64,000 nucleotides of DNA from positions 4,793,867 through 4,857,866 of the forward strand of contig CM119264.1 in the NCBI GenBank assembly GCA_051294375.1, written 5' to 3'. The translations under genes and the position numbers were made by a program. The notes below the pieces were generated by a model. It was not told the DNA's origin. It saw nothing but the letters and a program-made list of their open reading frames with translations, and did not search any database. The DNA comes from Paraspadella gotoi (Eukaryota; Animalia; Chaetognatha). Shown here in pieces: positions 1-36,754 of this stretch (positions are counted from its first letter, which is position 1; each line of letters begins with the position of its first letter).

Positions 1-2741
1 CTAACTAGCTTTATTTCCTGACTAAGAAACACTGACATCATCCGAAAAGCATAGCCATAGGCTATATAATTTTGAAATACAACGGAATAGATGGCGGAGT
101 AGCTAACTTGCAAGAAATAAAAGTAAACTCACCAAAAATAAAAGGATGAAATAAATCGAAGGTAACTTGAATACAGTTTAATGAATCAAGAGGATTGAGA
201 ATAAAGAATTCGGTTAATTTTGTCAATGTCTTGGATATGTTTACATGATTATGAGAAGATGTGTTGACTGTAAAATCACAAATTTCACAGGGTTCAACTC
301 GAATGACTCCTCCCCCCCCCAAAAGTATCAAAGAGGATATTCCTCTCACCTTGTTTCCCCTTAGGAACGACGCTTGGTAGAAAACATAAAATCAATTCAG
401 AAAATGAATCGAATAATGAGGCGAGATAAATAAAATATGAGTAAAATAAAAACTAACAAAGAATAGCAAGGGGGAGCGAGAGATATTGACAAACTTCTTC
501 ACAAAACTTCTAAACGTAAATAATTCACCAAACTTCACCGCTTTTTTTTTTTACTTCGAAAGTATCTCACAAATAAACAAAGTTAAATTATTATTCTTGG
601 GAATGAAAGAGCTTTTAAATTAGGTTGTTATACAAGAATATCACATAGTAAAGCAAAATAAGGCAAACGTTAAACATAGTAACGAAACAAAAGATTTCTA
701 CCCTTCAAAAGTTTATATTTTTTTATCGATAAACGGAGCTGCATTTGAACGAATAGCGTTTTTTATTACATAAGTCGGTCCCCGGTTTAGTAAGTTGTTA
801 AGTACGCCATCCATCATTTCGGATGCGAATTAAATTTAGAAACAACGTGGGTCAGAGATTCGAAAAAACGAAAACAGATTTCGACGACCATATTTAACTT
901 TTTTATCAAATAGCTTTTTTTTTAGCAATTATTAACATTTACTTATCAAACTATAACGGAAATTTTTAAAAAAAATTAACTATAAAAAACTGACGATCAT
1001 ACCGACGATGTTGACCCAGTCATTTCATAAGTCCTTGACCAAAATGGGATAAAAGCGGTTCTGGGAAGTATTTTTGACGACTTTTTCGAATTTTGAGGTA
1101 GAAGGGGTTATCGCTTTGCTCGGGGATTTTGAAGTCGAGCCGGGGCGGGGCGGTTGGATGGTGACAAAGGGGGATTCGCTTTATCGAGATGGCGCGGATG
1201 CCGAGGGCATTCCTGACGCCAACTCTCTCTGTGGCTTGGGGGACGACGTTTGCTCCTCGGGGAGGGGGGACGATGACGGGGGCAATAAAAATGTTGTTGT
1301 TGGTGAGAGGGAATCTTGCGGAAAGTCAAAAGAAAAGTCAATTACGGTCGGAAGAAGAAAGGTTTTGAAAAAGACAATAATGTGGGAAGAAAAGGTAGAA
1401 ATCAATGATTTGAATAATAAAAAATCGGCAAAGTAATAAAATTTAAATTGTCAAAGGATCATAAAGTACACAAAAATACTTTGCACTGTAGACAAAACAG
1501 TTTAATAGATGTACAAACTATATAAGGACGATAGAATTTACATTAAGTTTATTTACAACGCATGTAATGTTTAAACTGTTATTCCTACAATTAATCAACA
1601 TCTTCAGCACACAATTTTTTTTTAAAGGTTACAGATCCAAAAAACTGGACTATTTAGAATATAAAACGCAAAAAAAATTGCAACGCTAAAAATACTACGG
1701 TAACATTCCAAGTTTTAAGGACTGCATCTTTACTCTGTTTAACAACTGGAATGAGAGGCATTATTTAGCCATAGCTAAAGTTGTGACTAGAAAGAATAAA
1801 AATGACGTTAGAGATTGTACAAGTTACTGGTGATTTTCAAAAATAAAGGAGGATCGATAGCATCATCAAATCACTGTTGACAGCTGCATGGTCCAGTGAG
1901 ACCGCGAAGGACAGTTTGGGAAAACATCGGGAGAAACGTCTACAATTTCTGATGCCGAGCAAAAGCCAGCTGGAGTTCAGAGGTCACTGCAAACAAAAAA
2001 CAATTACATCTTTGAATTGTATTTTTCTTTAAAAAAATTCATGCCTATTATGAGGGGGTAATTTGGCGTAACTTTTTTTTCCAAATACGATCGACCGAAA
2101 GATAAGAATTAAGAAATGACAGGGACTGACAATAAATTCTGACATAATGAGGGAAACGGAAAAAACTAGTCACGAAATAGAAGAGGTCATACACTAAAGG
2201 TTGAATCAAGGACAAAGCGCTGACGAAATTTAAGAGAGAGAAAAAAAAAAAAAACAAATAGCCGTACCGGCAAACCATTTTCTCGTCACCAGATTGTTTC
2301 TCTCTCTATCTTGGAATCCCGATAGACAATCGCAAAAGTTAAGTCCTTCGTAATAATCGCATATTCTCAACGGGCAATAATCTGATCATGTAAAAAAAAA
2401 ACCTAGAGGTTTGCGATTGTCGTGTAACGCTTCATACGCGAATTTTCTTTTTCTTTCTAGTCAATGGACAAAAAGCGGTTTGATCCCCAAAGAAAATGGA
2501 AGAATACGCGAGGCAAAAATAGCATACATTGAATTCGGTTATAAAAAATAAGTAGGTTTTTCTTCATTCGATGATTATTCTACCTTCGGGTCCGTAATAT
2601 TAGAATTAAATAAATAGACTTGGAAAAAATAGAGGGAGGGGGGGATGAAGCGCCGGATTACGCGGCCACAATTAAGTTTTTTTTTTCCTTTTTCTGGGGT
2701 CTTAACTATTGACGCATTTCCCCCGTTACCCTCTCTCCCTC

Positions 2742-26020
<23,279 letters not shown>

Positions 26021-27065
26021 TTTGGAAGTCCGTTCGAGGGCGCCGCCGCGGGGGACGGCGAGGTCAGCTTCGTCTTAAATTCCCAACGACGTCGCACGTT
26101 TCAGGCGGCGGCTTTCGCGTCGTCGTCGTCGTAATCCTTTAGTGGATTCACATCTTTTTATATTTTATTTTTTTCACCGGCGTAAGTCCCGTAGGCATCT
26201 CCGGACGATCACCTTCGCAACGAAGAAGACATCGCCGATAAAAAAAGCCAAAAGAGACGGTCGCTATCGGCGCTTCATCGTCGGGGAGAGAGCGGGGACC
26301 GAAAGTTTATTCTAACTCGATTCTACTGTCATTGCCGCTCCCGCAGTTTTTTCTTTTTTTTCCTAACGACAAATCGCTTTTTGGGTCAATTTTTTTCCTC
26401 TTGTTTTCCTAAATTCGTCCGCGAGTTGATCCTCGGAGAAACGTTTTCGAATCGGTCCAGGAAACGAAATAATACGCGGAACGACGACAATTATGCGCAG
26501 CCATATTGTCCGTGTTTACGGTCGGCGTCGCGGATGAGTCTCTACCTATCGTAAGGTCCGAATTCCCGGATGTGACGGCTGCTGCGGCGGGTGCTATTTC
26601 CATGTTGAGCTTAGCGGCGCTGGCTGCGGCGCTGGCTGCGGCGGGAGCGGCATCGAGGCCAGAGGAAGGCGGCCAAGATTGAATAGAATCTTAGGACGGA
26701 GAAAAGAGAGTCAGAGTGGAAAGAATCGAAGGGTGAGTCACTCCTCACTCATAGTAAATGAAAAGTAGGTGTCGCGTCCGTCTCCCGATTTCAGCAACAT
26801 CCTTCGTCGTTGGATTTTTATTTAATCACCAACTTCGATTTTATACAACCAACTCTTCACGTTTTGAAAGGAAAACTTTTAAGGATTAGAAAGAGATTGA
26901 CTCACATCCTGCATTACATACGGCGAAGACTATGCAGAAGAGTATGCAGCGAAGTTCGGATTCGAACAAAAGGCTTAACTCGTTTTGCAAACAAAACTTT
27001 TAAACAACCTTATTCACTATTCACTTAAAACTAAGAGTAAGAGAGAACCTTTTGGTGCTAAAGTG
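26021..27065. promoter_or_regulatory. Divergent 5' region shared by liprin-alpha and TMEM183 (probable bidirectional promoter and 5' UTR exons)
   Basis: Start codons 26020 (-) and 27066 (+) face away from each other about 1 kb apart across a CpG-rich stretch. Transcription start sites cannot be seen from sequence. Confidence 0.5.
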
Positions 27066-29123
27066 ATGACGGGAGAAAAAGGATGTGAAAAAAAATCGAG
27101 AGTAAATAGAAGAAACAAATTGTTTCAGACACAACTAGGTAAGAATTAACAACTTATAAATATTGTGTATAGACTTTCGATTTCGTTGTTTTTCTCCTAA
27201 CAACTTATAAATAGAAACTGACACATGTACATGAAATTACCTGCGATTGCTTAATCGTATTTGAAACGAAAGGGGTGTGACCATACTAAATAAAACTAGT
27301 GAAAGTAAAATTTAGCCAAAAATTATTTAAGACAGCAACGTAACATTTATGTATTAAATATTCTTGTTAGATTTTCGCGTCCCCGACACTTGCCGAGATT
27401 CATCCAAAAGGAAAAGCATGCCAGCCAACGCCATCTCGGCGTCCATCCAGGATACTGTCGTCCCCGAAGACGACGAAGACGACGACGAAGTTCTTTACGA
27501 CGATTGGGAAGAGCGAGCGGCGGCCGAAGAAGATCTGTCCACGCCACGTCGAGGCCACGAAATTTATCAGGAAGTTGGAGCGAGAAAACTTTACAACGAC
27601 GGGAGAACTTACCCGCTAGACGTTTGGTTTCTTATCGGAAACTACATTGCACCAGAAAGCGTCGGTACCTTCGCAAGACTCTGTAAGGGCTCCTTGGTCG
27701 TCTTGAGGACCTTCAAGTTTTGGTCGACGCTCTACGCTAAATCCGTCGCTAAGACCTTCGACAAAGAGGAAGACGTGGAAGAAACCTTGAAGGTTTTATC
27801 ATATACTATATCATATATTATACTAAAGTCAGGGGCAAGATAGCTTATTTATTAAATGACTGTATAATTTTTATATTGGTTGTACCAATTACATTTCATA
27901 CTATAGTATACAACAAAACAGAACATTTAAAAATCCATTAGTGAATTCTTGTATATTAGGTATAACTTGTAAAAACTAACGGAACATTGATTATTAAAAA
28001 TAAAAAGGATGTTTAAGTACAATCGGTGAACTTGGCAAAACATAAGTGGTCTGTTATGGCAACAGCTGGGTTGCCTGTGATGCCCATTGGGATGGGGCAT
28101 CTCACTGTTGGATTTGGCGGCTTCCGACCCTAGGACGTTTTCGCTTTGCCAACGCAGAGGGAAGTCTTTAGGACTGTGGATAGAACGCAACGCATGGGAT
28201 GGTGCGTTCCCCCTCTGAATTGGCTGAACGATGGTGAATGTGAGGCGGTCTGAATATACCGCCACACTGTCTTTTTTTGCGTTCTAGGTTACCAACGTGG
28301 TACGTCCGTTTGGCGTTCGTTTTCACGTCATTCAATCCTTGTACAAGTTTTATCCTCGGTTCAAAGAATCGTTGATACGTCAAAGACTTAACTCTGTGGA
28401 TCTCGACGGATTGATTGGTTATCGTTGCCTCAATTCGTGGACTTCGCAAGGGGGAAAAAACGCCTTCGTTATCAACGTTAAATTTCAAAAAAGCTCACAA
28501 TCGCGGGGTAAGTTCAAAAATAATTTTATTAATTTCTATCTTGATGAAAACTTAAAATTTTGTTAAAACTTGATGTAGAGTTATCGGATCGAGCCTCCCT
28601 CTTTAACGACACAAGCACGGCTGTGATGCACAATCCTTTCGACGGTGTCATCGTCATTCAAATTATCTGTGATCATTTCATCCCCTTTTCATCTCCGATG
28701 GGGCTTTTTGTGTCGGACGTCAAATACAACAGCTCTAGGTAATTTTAATTGGGATTTGTTTTATACTAATCATATAAGTTATTCTCACATTATTGTGTTT
28801 CTTTATGAATAGGGACATGCGGAACATGAGACTCCAACTCGGTTTGTCGACTTCTTATAAAGTTTACGCCTCATCTTCCTCTTCCTCCTTCGCATCCTCA
28901 TGCAGAAAGCCAATTCAAGACGAGACGAGAACGCTGGATCCGGTCAATAGGTGAAACTCGCGTCGACTCCCGATTTGTTCGCCTTTTTAAAGGGACCCAA
29001 ATTTTGGTTGGTTTTTCCAGCGTTCGCCTCCTCCACTGGTGGCACCCGGATTTCCCAGTCTCGATCACTTCCGCCAGACTTCCGGATACAACGGTCATCG
29101 ATGAAAATTGGGACGTTGCTTGA
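27066..29123 (+). CDS. TMEM183: Transmembrane protein 183 homologue, 6 exons
   Basis: Exons 27066-27138, 27371-27792, 28288-28507, 28579-28738, ~28813-28949, 29021-29123. Motifs YPLDVWFLIGNYIAPESVGTFARLCK, FWSTLY, VIQSLYKFYPRF and C-terminal LDPVNSVRLLHWWHPDFP, which match the TMEM183 family. Confidence 0.9.
28054..28268 (+). repeat. Interspersed structured repeat, copy 1 (TMEM183 intron)
   Basis: Homologous to 32398-32600 (+), to 31700-31777 (-, 5' part) and to 61341-61382 (+, 3' hairpin). Confidence 0.8.
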
Positions 29124-29465
29124 ACTCACAAGAGAATTAAAGGAAATGTCTTACCCTCGCTGAATCTTATAATCGGTGGTATATATGCACATTGCACATA
29201 GTGCATATTAAATTAACGTTTTCAGTTTTTAAATATTAAATTATTAAAAACTGTTTTGTAAATTTATGTGATAACTTAATAATCTCCTTCACCATATTAT
29301 TAGGTTTATAGATTTATAGATTAATTTGAGAATATCCTCTGAGTACGTAGATTTTTTGAGTACATTAATAATAATCATATTAATCATAATGATGACCCAT
29401 CGTTAAAAAAGAATGTTGCTAGAATTGCGAGTTACGTAAAATCCAACTTTTGCCTAACCAAGAAA

Positions 29466-30296
29466 ATGGACGAACCTTTAATTCCGTCCGACGAAGCATT
29501 ATCGTCCTATCTTTATTGGGGAATCGCTGCTGGCGTTTTCGTTGCAGGTTTGAATACGTAGTTCTCACCGAGTTAAGGGAAAAATAAAAATAGATTAAAA
29601 ATAATCAAACATAGATTAATAATAGTTTAAATATAGAATAAAAATATTTCTGATTAGAAATATAAATTAAACATTATTCCTAAAATTCTATTTGTAAACT
29701 TTAAACCGGTAAAAAACTACTTTCTTATTAAAGGGGAGATGAAATCATAAATAGAAACGAGAAAATAAAATATTTTTTCTGTTGGTTTTAGTTGTAAGCT
29801 CTGCTTTGGTCTTTCTGTTGGAGTGGCGAGGAAACAAGTTGGTTTTGAAAGAGCGACGTGAACAAGAAGAGGTATCTCATAACAGAGAGTCGGGCATTAC
29901 ATAAGTTCACCCCGCCAATATACATGACGTCTTCTGCTATGACCCGATGGCTCATTGAGTGGTACTATCAGCTCATGACCAATTGACCATTAAGTACCGG
30001 GATCGATCCCTTATGGTGCCTCCCCTGCGGGAAGCGTGAGGACGGCCTTAAACCGCCTTGTGGGCCTGGAAAACCCTCAAGCATGGTTCCAAGCCCAGGA
30101 CCCCTTCTATGGTTGCTAGAGGTGGTTAAAGAAGATATCTCTCTTCAGCCTACTTGGCGCTTTATCCGATATCCACAATATCCAATAGCGCCTTATCCAC
30201 ATAACTAGTTTTTTTAAATTAGGTTTGTCAGATAACAATTTCATTTTTAACTAGGAACAGGCGCCATATGAAGATACCATTCGCGTCCAAATTTGA
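29466..30296 (+). CDS. Predicted 67-aa single-pass transmembrane microprotein, 3 exons
   Basis: Exons 29466-29547, 29792-29871 and 30255-30296 have GT-AG ends and matching phases (1, 0), giving MDEPLIPSDEALSSYLYWGIAAGVFVAVVSSALVFLLEWRGNKLVLKERREQEEEQAPYEDTIRVQI*. The TM helix is assembled across intron 1. Confidence 0.7.
29941..30200 (+). mobile_element. tRNA-derived SINE-like element in intron 2 of the microprotein gene
   Basis: A-box-like TGGCTCATTGAGTGG and B-box-like GGGATCGATCCC, a GC-richer body in an AT-rich intron, and an ATCCA-type repeated tail. Ends are approximate. Confidence 0.5.
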
Positions 30297-30579
30297 TTCA
30301 CAAATAAGTCTTATTTATGAACTTTGAAATGCTATTTGATTAAAGTATTTTAGCTTTAGTCGTTTATATTTTTTATATTTGTTACTTCTTTCGTGTCACG
30401 AAACAAAAAAATTGCAGCGAATTGCTTTGATTTAACGCACAAAATGATACGATAATGATAACAGTGATCACATGACAGTTCGGATAAACGATAAAAAAAT
30501 AAAAGGACATTGAAAAGCGAATAGATTTGCACTTTGGAGATTCGTTCTTGTATTGGGTTAATTTGGTTTCTTGCGAAAT

Positions 30580-33500
30580 TTATTTTGGTGATTTCCGTCC
30601 CAGAAGCCAATACGTTTTCATTTCGCCTTTACCCTTCGATGAAAAAAAAATTATTTGCAAATTTTAAAAATATAAAAACAAATCGAAACTACGCAGCGAA
30701 AATGGATTTTATTACTAAAACTGAACTGAATAAACACTAAACAGCGCGAGTGACCTTCGGCGGAATAATAAATCGCGCTGCCGCCAGAAACAAAAGAAAG
30801 AAAAGGAGTTCCACTGACGCGCGGCCTCGCGAAAATTACCTTCACTGCCACGGTTCCTCGTTCTTCCGTGACGAAGGGCAGGTCGTCTATCAAGTCTTTA
30901 GTATCTTTACTTATGTGAATCTTCATAGGGGCTCTAGAATCGGGAAGAGAGAGAACTTGTGAAAGTGATTGTGGGAAAGGGAGAGAGATAGAGCAGAGAG
31001 AAATAGAAAAATTGCGATTGAGTGCAAAAGGCATAAATGGAGAGAGAGAGAGAGAAAAAACCGTAAGGGAGTAACTAGTAAGTCACGTCACGTGATTGTT
31101 AGAGCGAGAGAAAGAAATAAGATGTCAAACCCGTTAGATTCCATTCTGGACGCAGTGTTCACGGCGTCCCCGAAAACTGTGTAACGCGGAACTTTGACGC
31201 CGACGACTCCGGCGACCACGGGCCCAGAGTGAATCCCTGTCACGAGAAATTAGCTGTGGTCACTCTGTGATCGTCCTAAATTAAACCCATCGTCGATTGT
31301 GAAACGCTTCTATGCTTAGAGCTTTACCTGACAGACTATTAAAATCTGAAATCTTCGTCTTGGATGCCTAATCCGTGTGAACCTTCCATTGTCACCCCCC
31401 GTCAACTTCATCTACCTATCTAAACACCGAATCCTACTTTGACCCATCAATTATCAAATGGCGCCTCGGCCCCCCTTTGATCGATCCTGAAGTCGTAAAT
31501 CACCGACTCGTATCCCCAGCGTGGAGCCGTCGACGGGATTTTTGATTTTGTCCGCGACGTCGATCATCCCGACGGCGAAATCGGCCACGGCGGTGGCGTG
31601 GTGAGGGTTGGGGGTGGGCAAACCCGAAACCACCATGTAAGCGTCGCCGATCGTTTCCACCTGGTAGGGTAAAATGATGATACATGACTCGATATGGGCG
31701 TTCCAAGCCCTTCACGCCAACAGGTGAGATGCGTCACTCAGCTGTGCATCACAAACATCCCAGGCTGTTGCCATAATTTACTCGGTACTTTTAAACTATT
31801 TATAATCATATGTTATAAAGTACATTAATATCTTACAAGCTAATAAGGCAAAGCCGATCGTGTATCCTGCTCTAAAAAGGTCCTGCCTTGTAAGTGTCGT
31901 GCTGTTCGATCGTCGAATGTTGTGTACATCCGATTGAGCATCGTGACCACCTGCATGGGAGTGATCTTGGAGCAGATGCTGGTGAAGCCGACGATGTCGC
32001 TGAGGATGCTCACCGCGGGGAAATACTGCAGAGTAGTAAATAATAATTAAATTAAAATATTTTTTTTTTTACAAATAAGTTCTATATAAAGTCAGAAAGG
32101 TGCACTCTCGTCTTACTGAGACGAAATTATAAAATCCAACTTATCCTAATCTTAGTGTGAAAGCCCTATCCAGAAACTATCTCAACCTGACACGTATTGA
32201 TGGGTTCCTCTCCGGCTTTGAGACGCTCGGCAACTTGACGCGGGATCATCTGATACATCAACTCGTCCGTCCGCTTCATCATGACGTCGAGTCGACCCAT
32301 CGCCGTCTCCAGTTCCACGCAACGTTCCTTTTCCTGCGATGGAGAGATGAGGACCTTAGTCAACGACTTTTATGCTTGATTAAAATTCACCATCCGTTCA
32401 ACAGCGAAATCGGTGACCCTCAGTGACGCATCCAGTCACTGGCGGGGTTACCCTAAGACGGTCTCGCTTTGCCAACTCAGAGGGAAGTCGTTAGGACTGT
32501 GGATGGAACGCAAAGCCTGGGATGGTGTGTTCCCCCTCTGAGCCGATTGTATTGGCTGAACGATCGTGGATGTGAGGTGGTGTGAATATACCACCACAAC
32601 TCAATATTTACTATATCGTTTATTTGGTGAACATTGTATTTTTTGGGTGCCATTTTCTTCGTTCAACTTCAACTTTGGGACGTGTCAACAGCCAATTGTT
32701 TTTTTGGTTTTTTTTTTCTGTCGTACTTGCCAACGTTTTGAAGTTTGACCTGACCATTCAGAGTTCGCCTTTTTTTCGCGAGTTGGCACGGCCAAACAGA
32801 CTACAAAAAAAAACTCGTTGCAAAGGAAGACATCAAAATTGAATTCTAAATATATACATTTACTACATTTACTATTGAGCGCTTATTTCTGCATTTATAC
32901 ACACGCAGCATTTAAAGCATTTCCAATACCTTGGCCAGGGCGAGCTTAAGTTCGGCCGACTGCTGTGAGCCAAGGAGAACCAACTCTCGGCTGGAGTCGT
33001 GAAGTGGAAGATCGTGAAGGAAAAGACCCATGCTCGATAACGCCGTCAAGTTAGAAACTCTGGGAAAGGAAAATATGGGGTCAATTAACTAAGTTGCGAG
33101 GTTAGATTGTCCCATGAGCTTGGCCAACGAATTACTCGCTTGCCAACCGTTTCTCTTAAAGGTGTTTTTTTTTAAGTTGCTTGTGGTTGCTTTGCGAGCT
33201 GGATGTTGGCTAATGATGTCAGAGGTTCGAAATGCTTCTGTTGCTTTCAGTTCTTATGTCGGTCGATCGTTGCAAATGACTTATCTTTGTACGTACATGG
33301 GAGAACAAAGGAACAAGACGCTGTTCCAAGATTTAACGTTGATCATTTGTCCTTTGAGATGAAGAAGCGTCGAGAATCGGGCTTTCACGCTGTTGAGATT
33401 TTCGCTCTCTGCAAGTGGTGAAAACACGAATGGTTCGAAAAGCAGTGCGGCTATATTTTCTAATTGGGGTCCATTTCAGCTTGAAGTTAGACTAAAAATA

Positions 33501-34915
33501 TTTTAAGGACTAGGGAAAGAATTTGGCAAAAGATTGGGGTTAGAAATGAGGGTAAAAATTCAGAAGAACATAAATGTGGCGTTTTCTGAAGCGCTTGACT
33601 CAATAAGAAAAGTTTTTGCGAACTCACCTCTCCTTTCCAAATGTTTTTTATAATCGGTTTTCTCCGATACCGAATCTTCGCACGAGACGAGTTCGTAAAC
33701 GGAGTTGGGATGGGAAATGATCTGCAGAATATGCTTGCATTGAGCGGATGATACGAAAATGACAATTCATAATTCATTGTCTACAATTAATCAATTAACT
33801 CTTGGGGGAATCTTTTTGTTAAAAAAATAAGACATCGAATTAATATCGTTACGTTTTTCCAATCGAAGTCGATCATCGGGCGAAAGATGGAAAATCGATC
33901 GTCCAGTTTCGATCCCAGCAAATCTGGTTTGATGCGAGCCAATCCTTTGCCCACGCGCATGATTTGCAAATCCCTGCAATAATTGAAATACATTGTATTG
34001 CGGTCTGCGTTTAATAATTGAAAACATTGTTTTTGATTATTTTAGCCGTTATAATTGTGAGCAGATCGAGCTTGGAACTATATACGATTACGTATGTTGT
34101 ATTTAATACTTTTTTGTATTTCCGATATCTCGACGATATTTTAAATGTGTCGCGAAACATTAGCGTTTAGATCACAACGATGTTTACGAGACAATAGTGC
34201 CGTATCGTCTCGCTGCTATTATTGGCAAATGACAACTATGAAAAATACTGCATTAAAAAAAAACGAACGGAAATAAAAAAAAATCCAATACAAACTTATA
34301 ACGATTTTCTTACTTTTTTTCTGAGCGCAATTTATATAAACAGAAAAATTGTTTTATAGAAACCAATCAAGTTGGGATCAATGGATAAACGTGGATCATA
34401 TCTTCCGAAAAAAATATTGAAAAAAATGTATTTTTATTTTGTTTTATTGTTTACTGGGATTATGAGGTAATCTTTTTATCTTAAATTATAAAGGTTTATT
34501 TTTTTAAGGTTATCTTTTATATGAAATGCAAATATAAAAGTAATGTTTTATCTATTTACTTGTTTGTTTACTAAGTGCGACACCAAGTAGAGATCAAAAG
34601 CCCTCATGTTTTCGAGACACAACAAATACGAGGAGAAAAACGACCTTGTCGTAAAACATGAGGAAAATACACGACGACTCGAACAACGAAATGAATAGTG
34701 AGGTCAACTAAATCAACAACATTATTCAGCAATATCGTGGCTTTTCCCCATTTTGTACATATTCCTGATCTTTGTCCACAATTCCGCACAAATCGGGGAT
34801 TTTTAAAAGACCGCGAAAAACGATTTTCGAATCACAACGAAAAGAAACAAAAATATATTCCCTTTTCCGCAGGGAGCCCTCGTCGTAGGGCAACTGAAAA
34901 CATTCTATGTGTTTT

Positions 34916-35007
<92 letters not shown>

Positions 35008-35009
35008 TT

Positions 35010-35042
<33 letters not shown>

Positions 35043-36671
35043 CTTTTTCTTTCCTTCTTTCTCTTTTTTTCTTTCTTTTTTTCTTTCTTTCTTTCTTTCT
35101 TTCTTTCTTTTTTCTTTCTTTCTTTCCTTTTTATTTCTTTGAAAAACGACGAAAAAACCTTCAAGTGTCCATTTGTCCAATGGTCGACCTCGAAAAGCAA
35201 TAAGAGCAAAGAAAAAAGAAAAAAAAAGGAAATAAAAAATTCATTTCAGTACCGACATGAAAAAAAAAACCCATCTTCACTGTTTTACTACTTGTTTTGT
35301 GATATTATATAATTATCTTCAATAATTAAATGTTACAATACGACAATAAGACACTCGCCTTTCAGTATCTTAGCTTTCGTTTCATGAGTGTGACCATCAC
35401 TCGGCTGCGGTTCGCGACACTCAAGCGGCGAGGGCATCTCGTTCACGCGAGAAAATACGAATTGACTGAACGTGAATGGGTTGTTAAGTGGCTGACCGTG
35501 ACGCCGCGTACAACGCCGCGTACGACGCCGCTTACGACGCCGCGTACGACGCCTCTCGCGACGCCGTCCATGACGACGCCGCCGACGACGTAATCAAGAG
35601 CGCGTTTCCATCTCGTGCGATGACCCCACGAAAGGCAGGGAGAACGAAAGAGAGAGAGAGAGAGTCGTCAGAGACAGGGACTAATATCGTGCGAATTTGC
35701 GCTGCCAAACGACTCAACATTAACCAATGCTATCTCTTGCGACATTTTTCGCTACTGAAGATTCGACGAATTCGTGCGATACCGGACCGCTACCGCTACC
35801 GGACCGGCGACGCGCAGAAAAGCCGGGACCAGTCGTGCTTGGCCAAGAAAAAAAGCTTGGTCGCTTGTGGAAGCGAACGAAGCGGAAGAATATGAAAGAG
35901 GAGAATTTGAAAAATGGTTTTTTTTTACGCGATCTGGAAAAAAAACTGGCGCGAGCGAAAGATGGCGTAAATAATTCCTTTTAGCGGTCTTAACAAGAAC
36001 AACAACAACAACAACAACATTTTTTACCCAAAATTTGATCAACATCATCTTCGTCCTTTTCATTTTTTTAGCGACAACAACAACGACAACAACGACAACC
36101 ACTACGACAATAACAGTCGAACCGGAACGAGCTTAACCCGATCTGGGTCAAAGGATCTCTCTTGTCACTTCTCTTCTCTTCTCTATCATTTTCACTTTGC
36201 TTTTGCTTTGTTATTTCTACGTTATCATTTTACCCTTTCCTTTTTTAAATGATCACACTTGCGAATATTTCAGTGAATTTTTCTCCAAAAAAGAAAAAAA
36301 AAAAGAAATCAACTTCAAAACACTGAATAAACTTACCCTTTCTGTAACGAACCCTTACCCGTTCCTCACACGTCAACTCACTCTCTAAAAATGAGGCTGA
36401 AGGGAAAAAGATCGAAAAAGAGTTGAACCGAAATCGTTTTGTCTTCATCCATAAAAGATGTTGAGGTGGTTGGACCCAAGCGGAAAATCTGAAGGAGGAA
36501 AGAAAAGAGAAAAGAGAATCGGGATTTAGATTTAGATTTATTTGAAAAATCAGGAAAGAGATTAAAAGAGAAAAGAGATTATGGGCTTAGACAAAAATCT
36601 TTAAAATTTTCATAATTAAAGGATTCTGAATAAAAAGTGGAAGAAAGTGTTTTATTCAATCTCTCTCTCTC

Positions 36672-36754
<83 letters not shown>

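Noticed and set aside
1074-1436. Plus-strand 120-aa ORF and similar antisense ORFs over liprin, cyclase and TE sequence
   Set aside because: No recognisable motifs; explained as shadow frames of GC-rich sequence on the other strand.
26409-26603. N-terminal extension of liprin (MEIAPAAAA...)
   Set aside because: An in-frame TAA lies shortly upstream of the liprin ATG at 26020; at most a uORF in a 5' UTR exon.
34698-35312. Long FFLS/KKER ORFs (also 53369-53879 and the SLSL/RERE ORFs)
   Set aside because: Translations of microsatellites.
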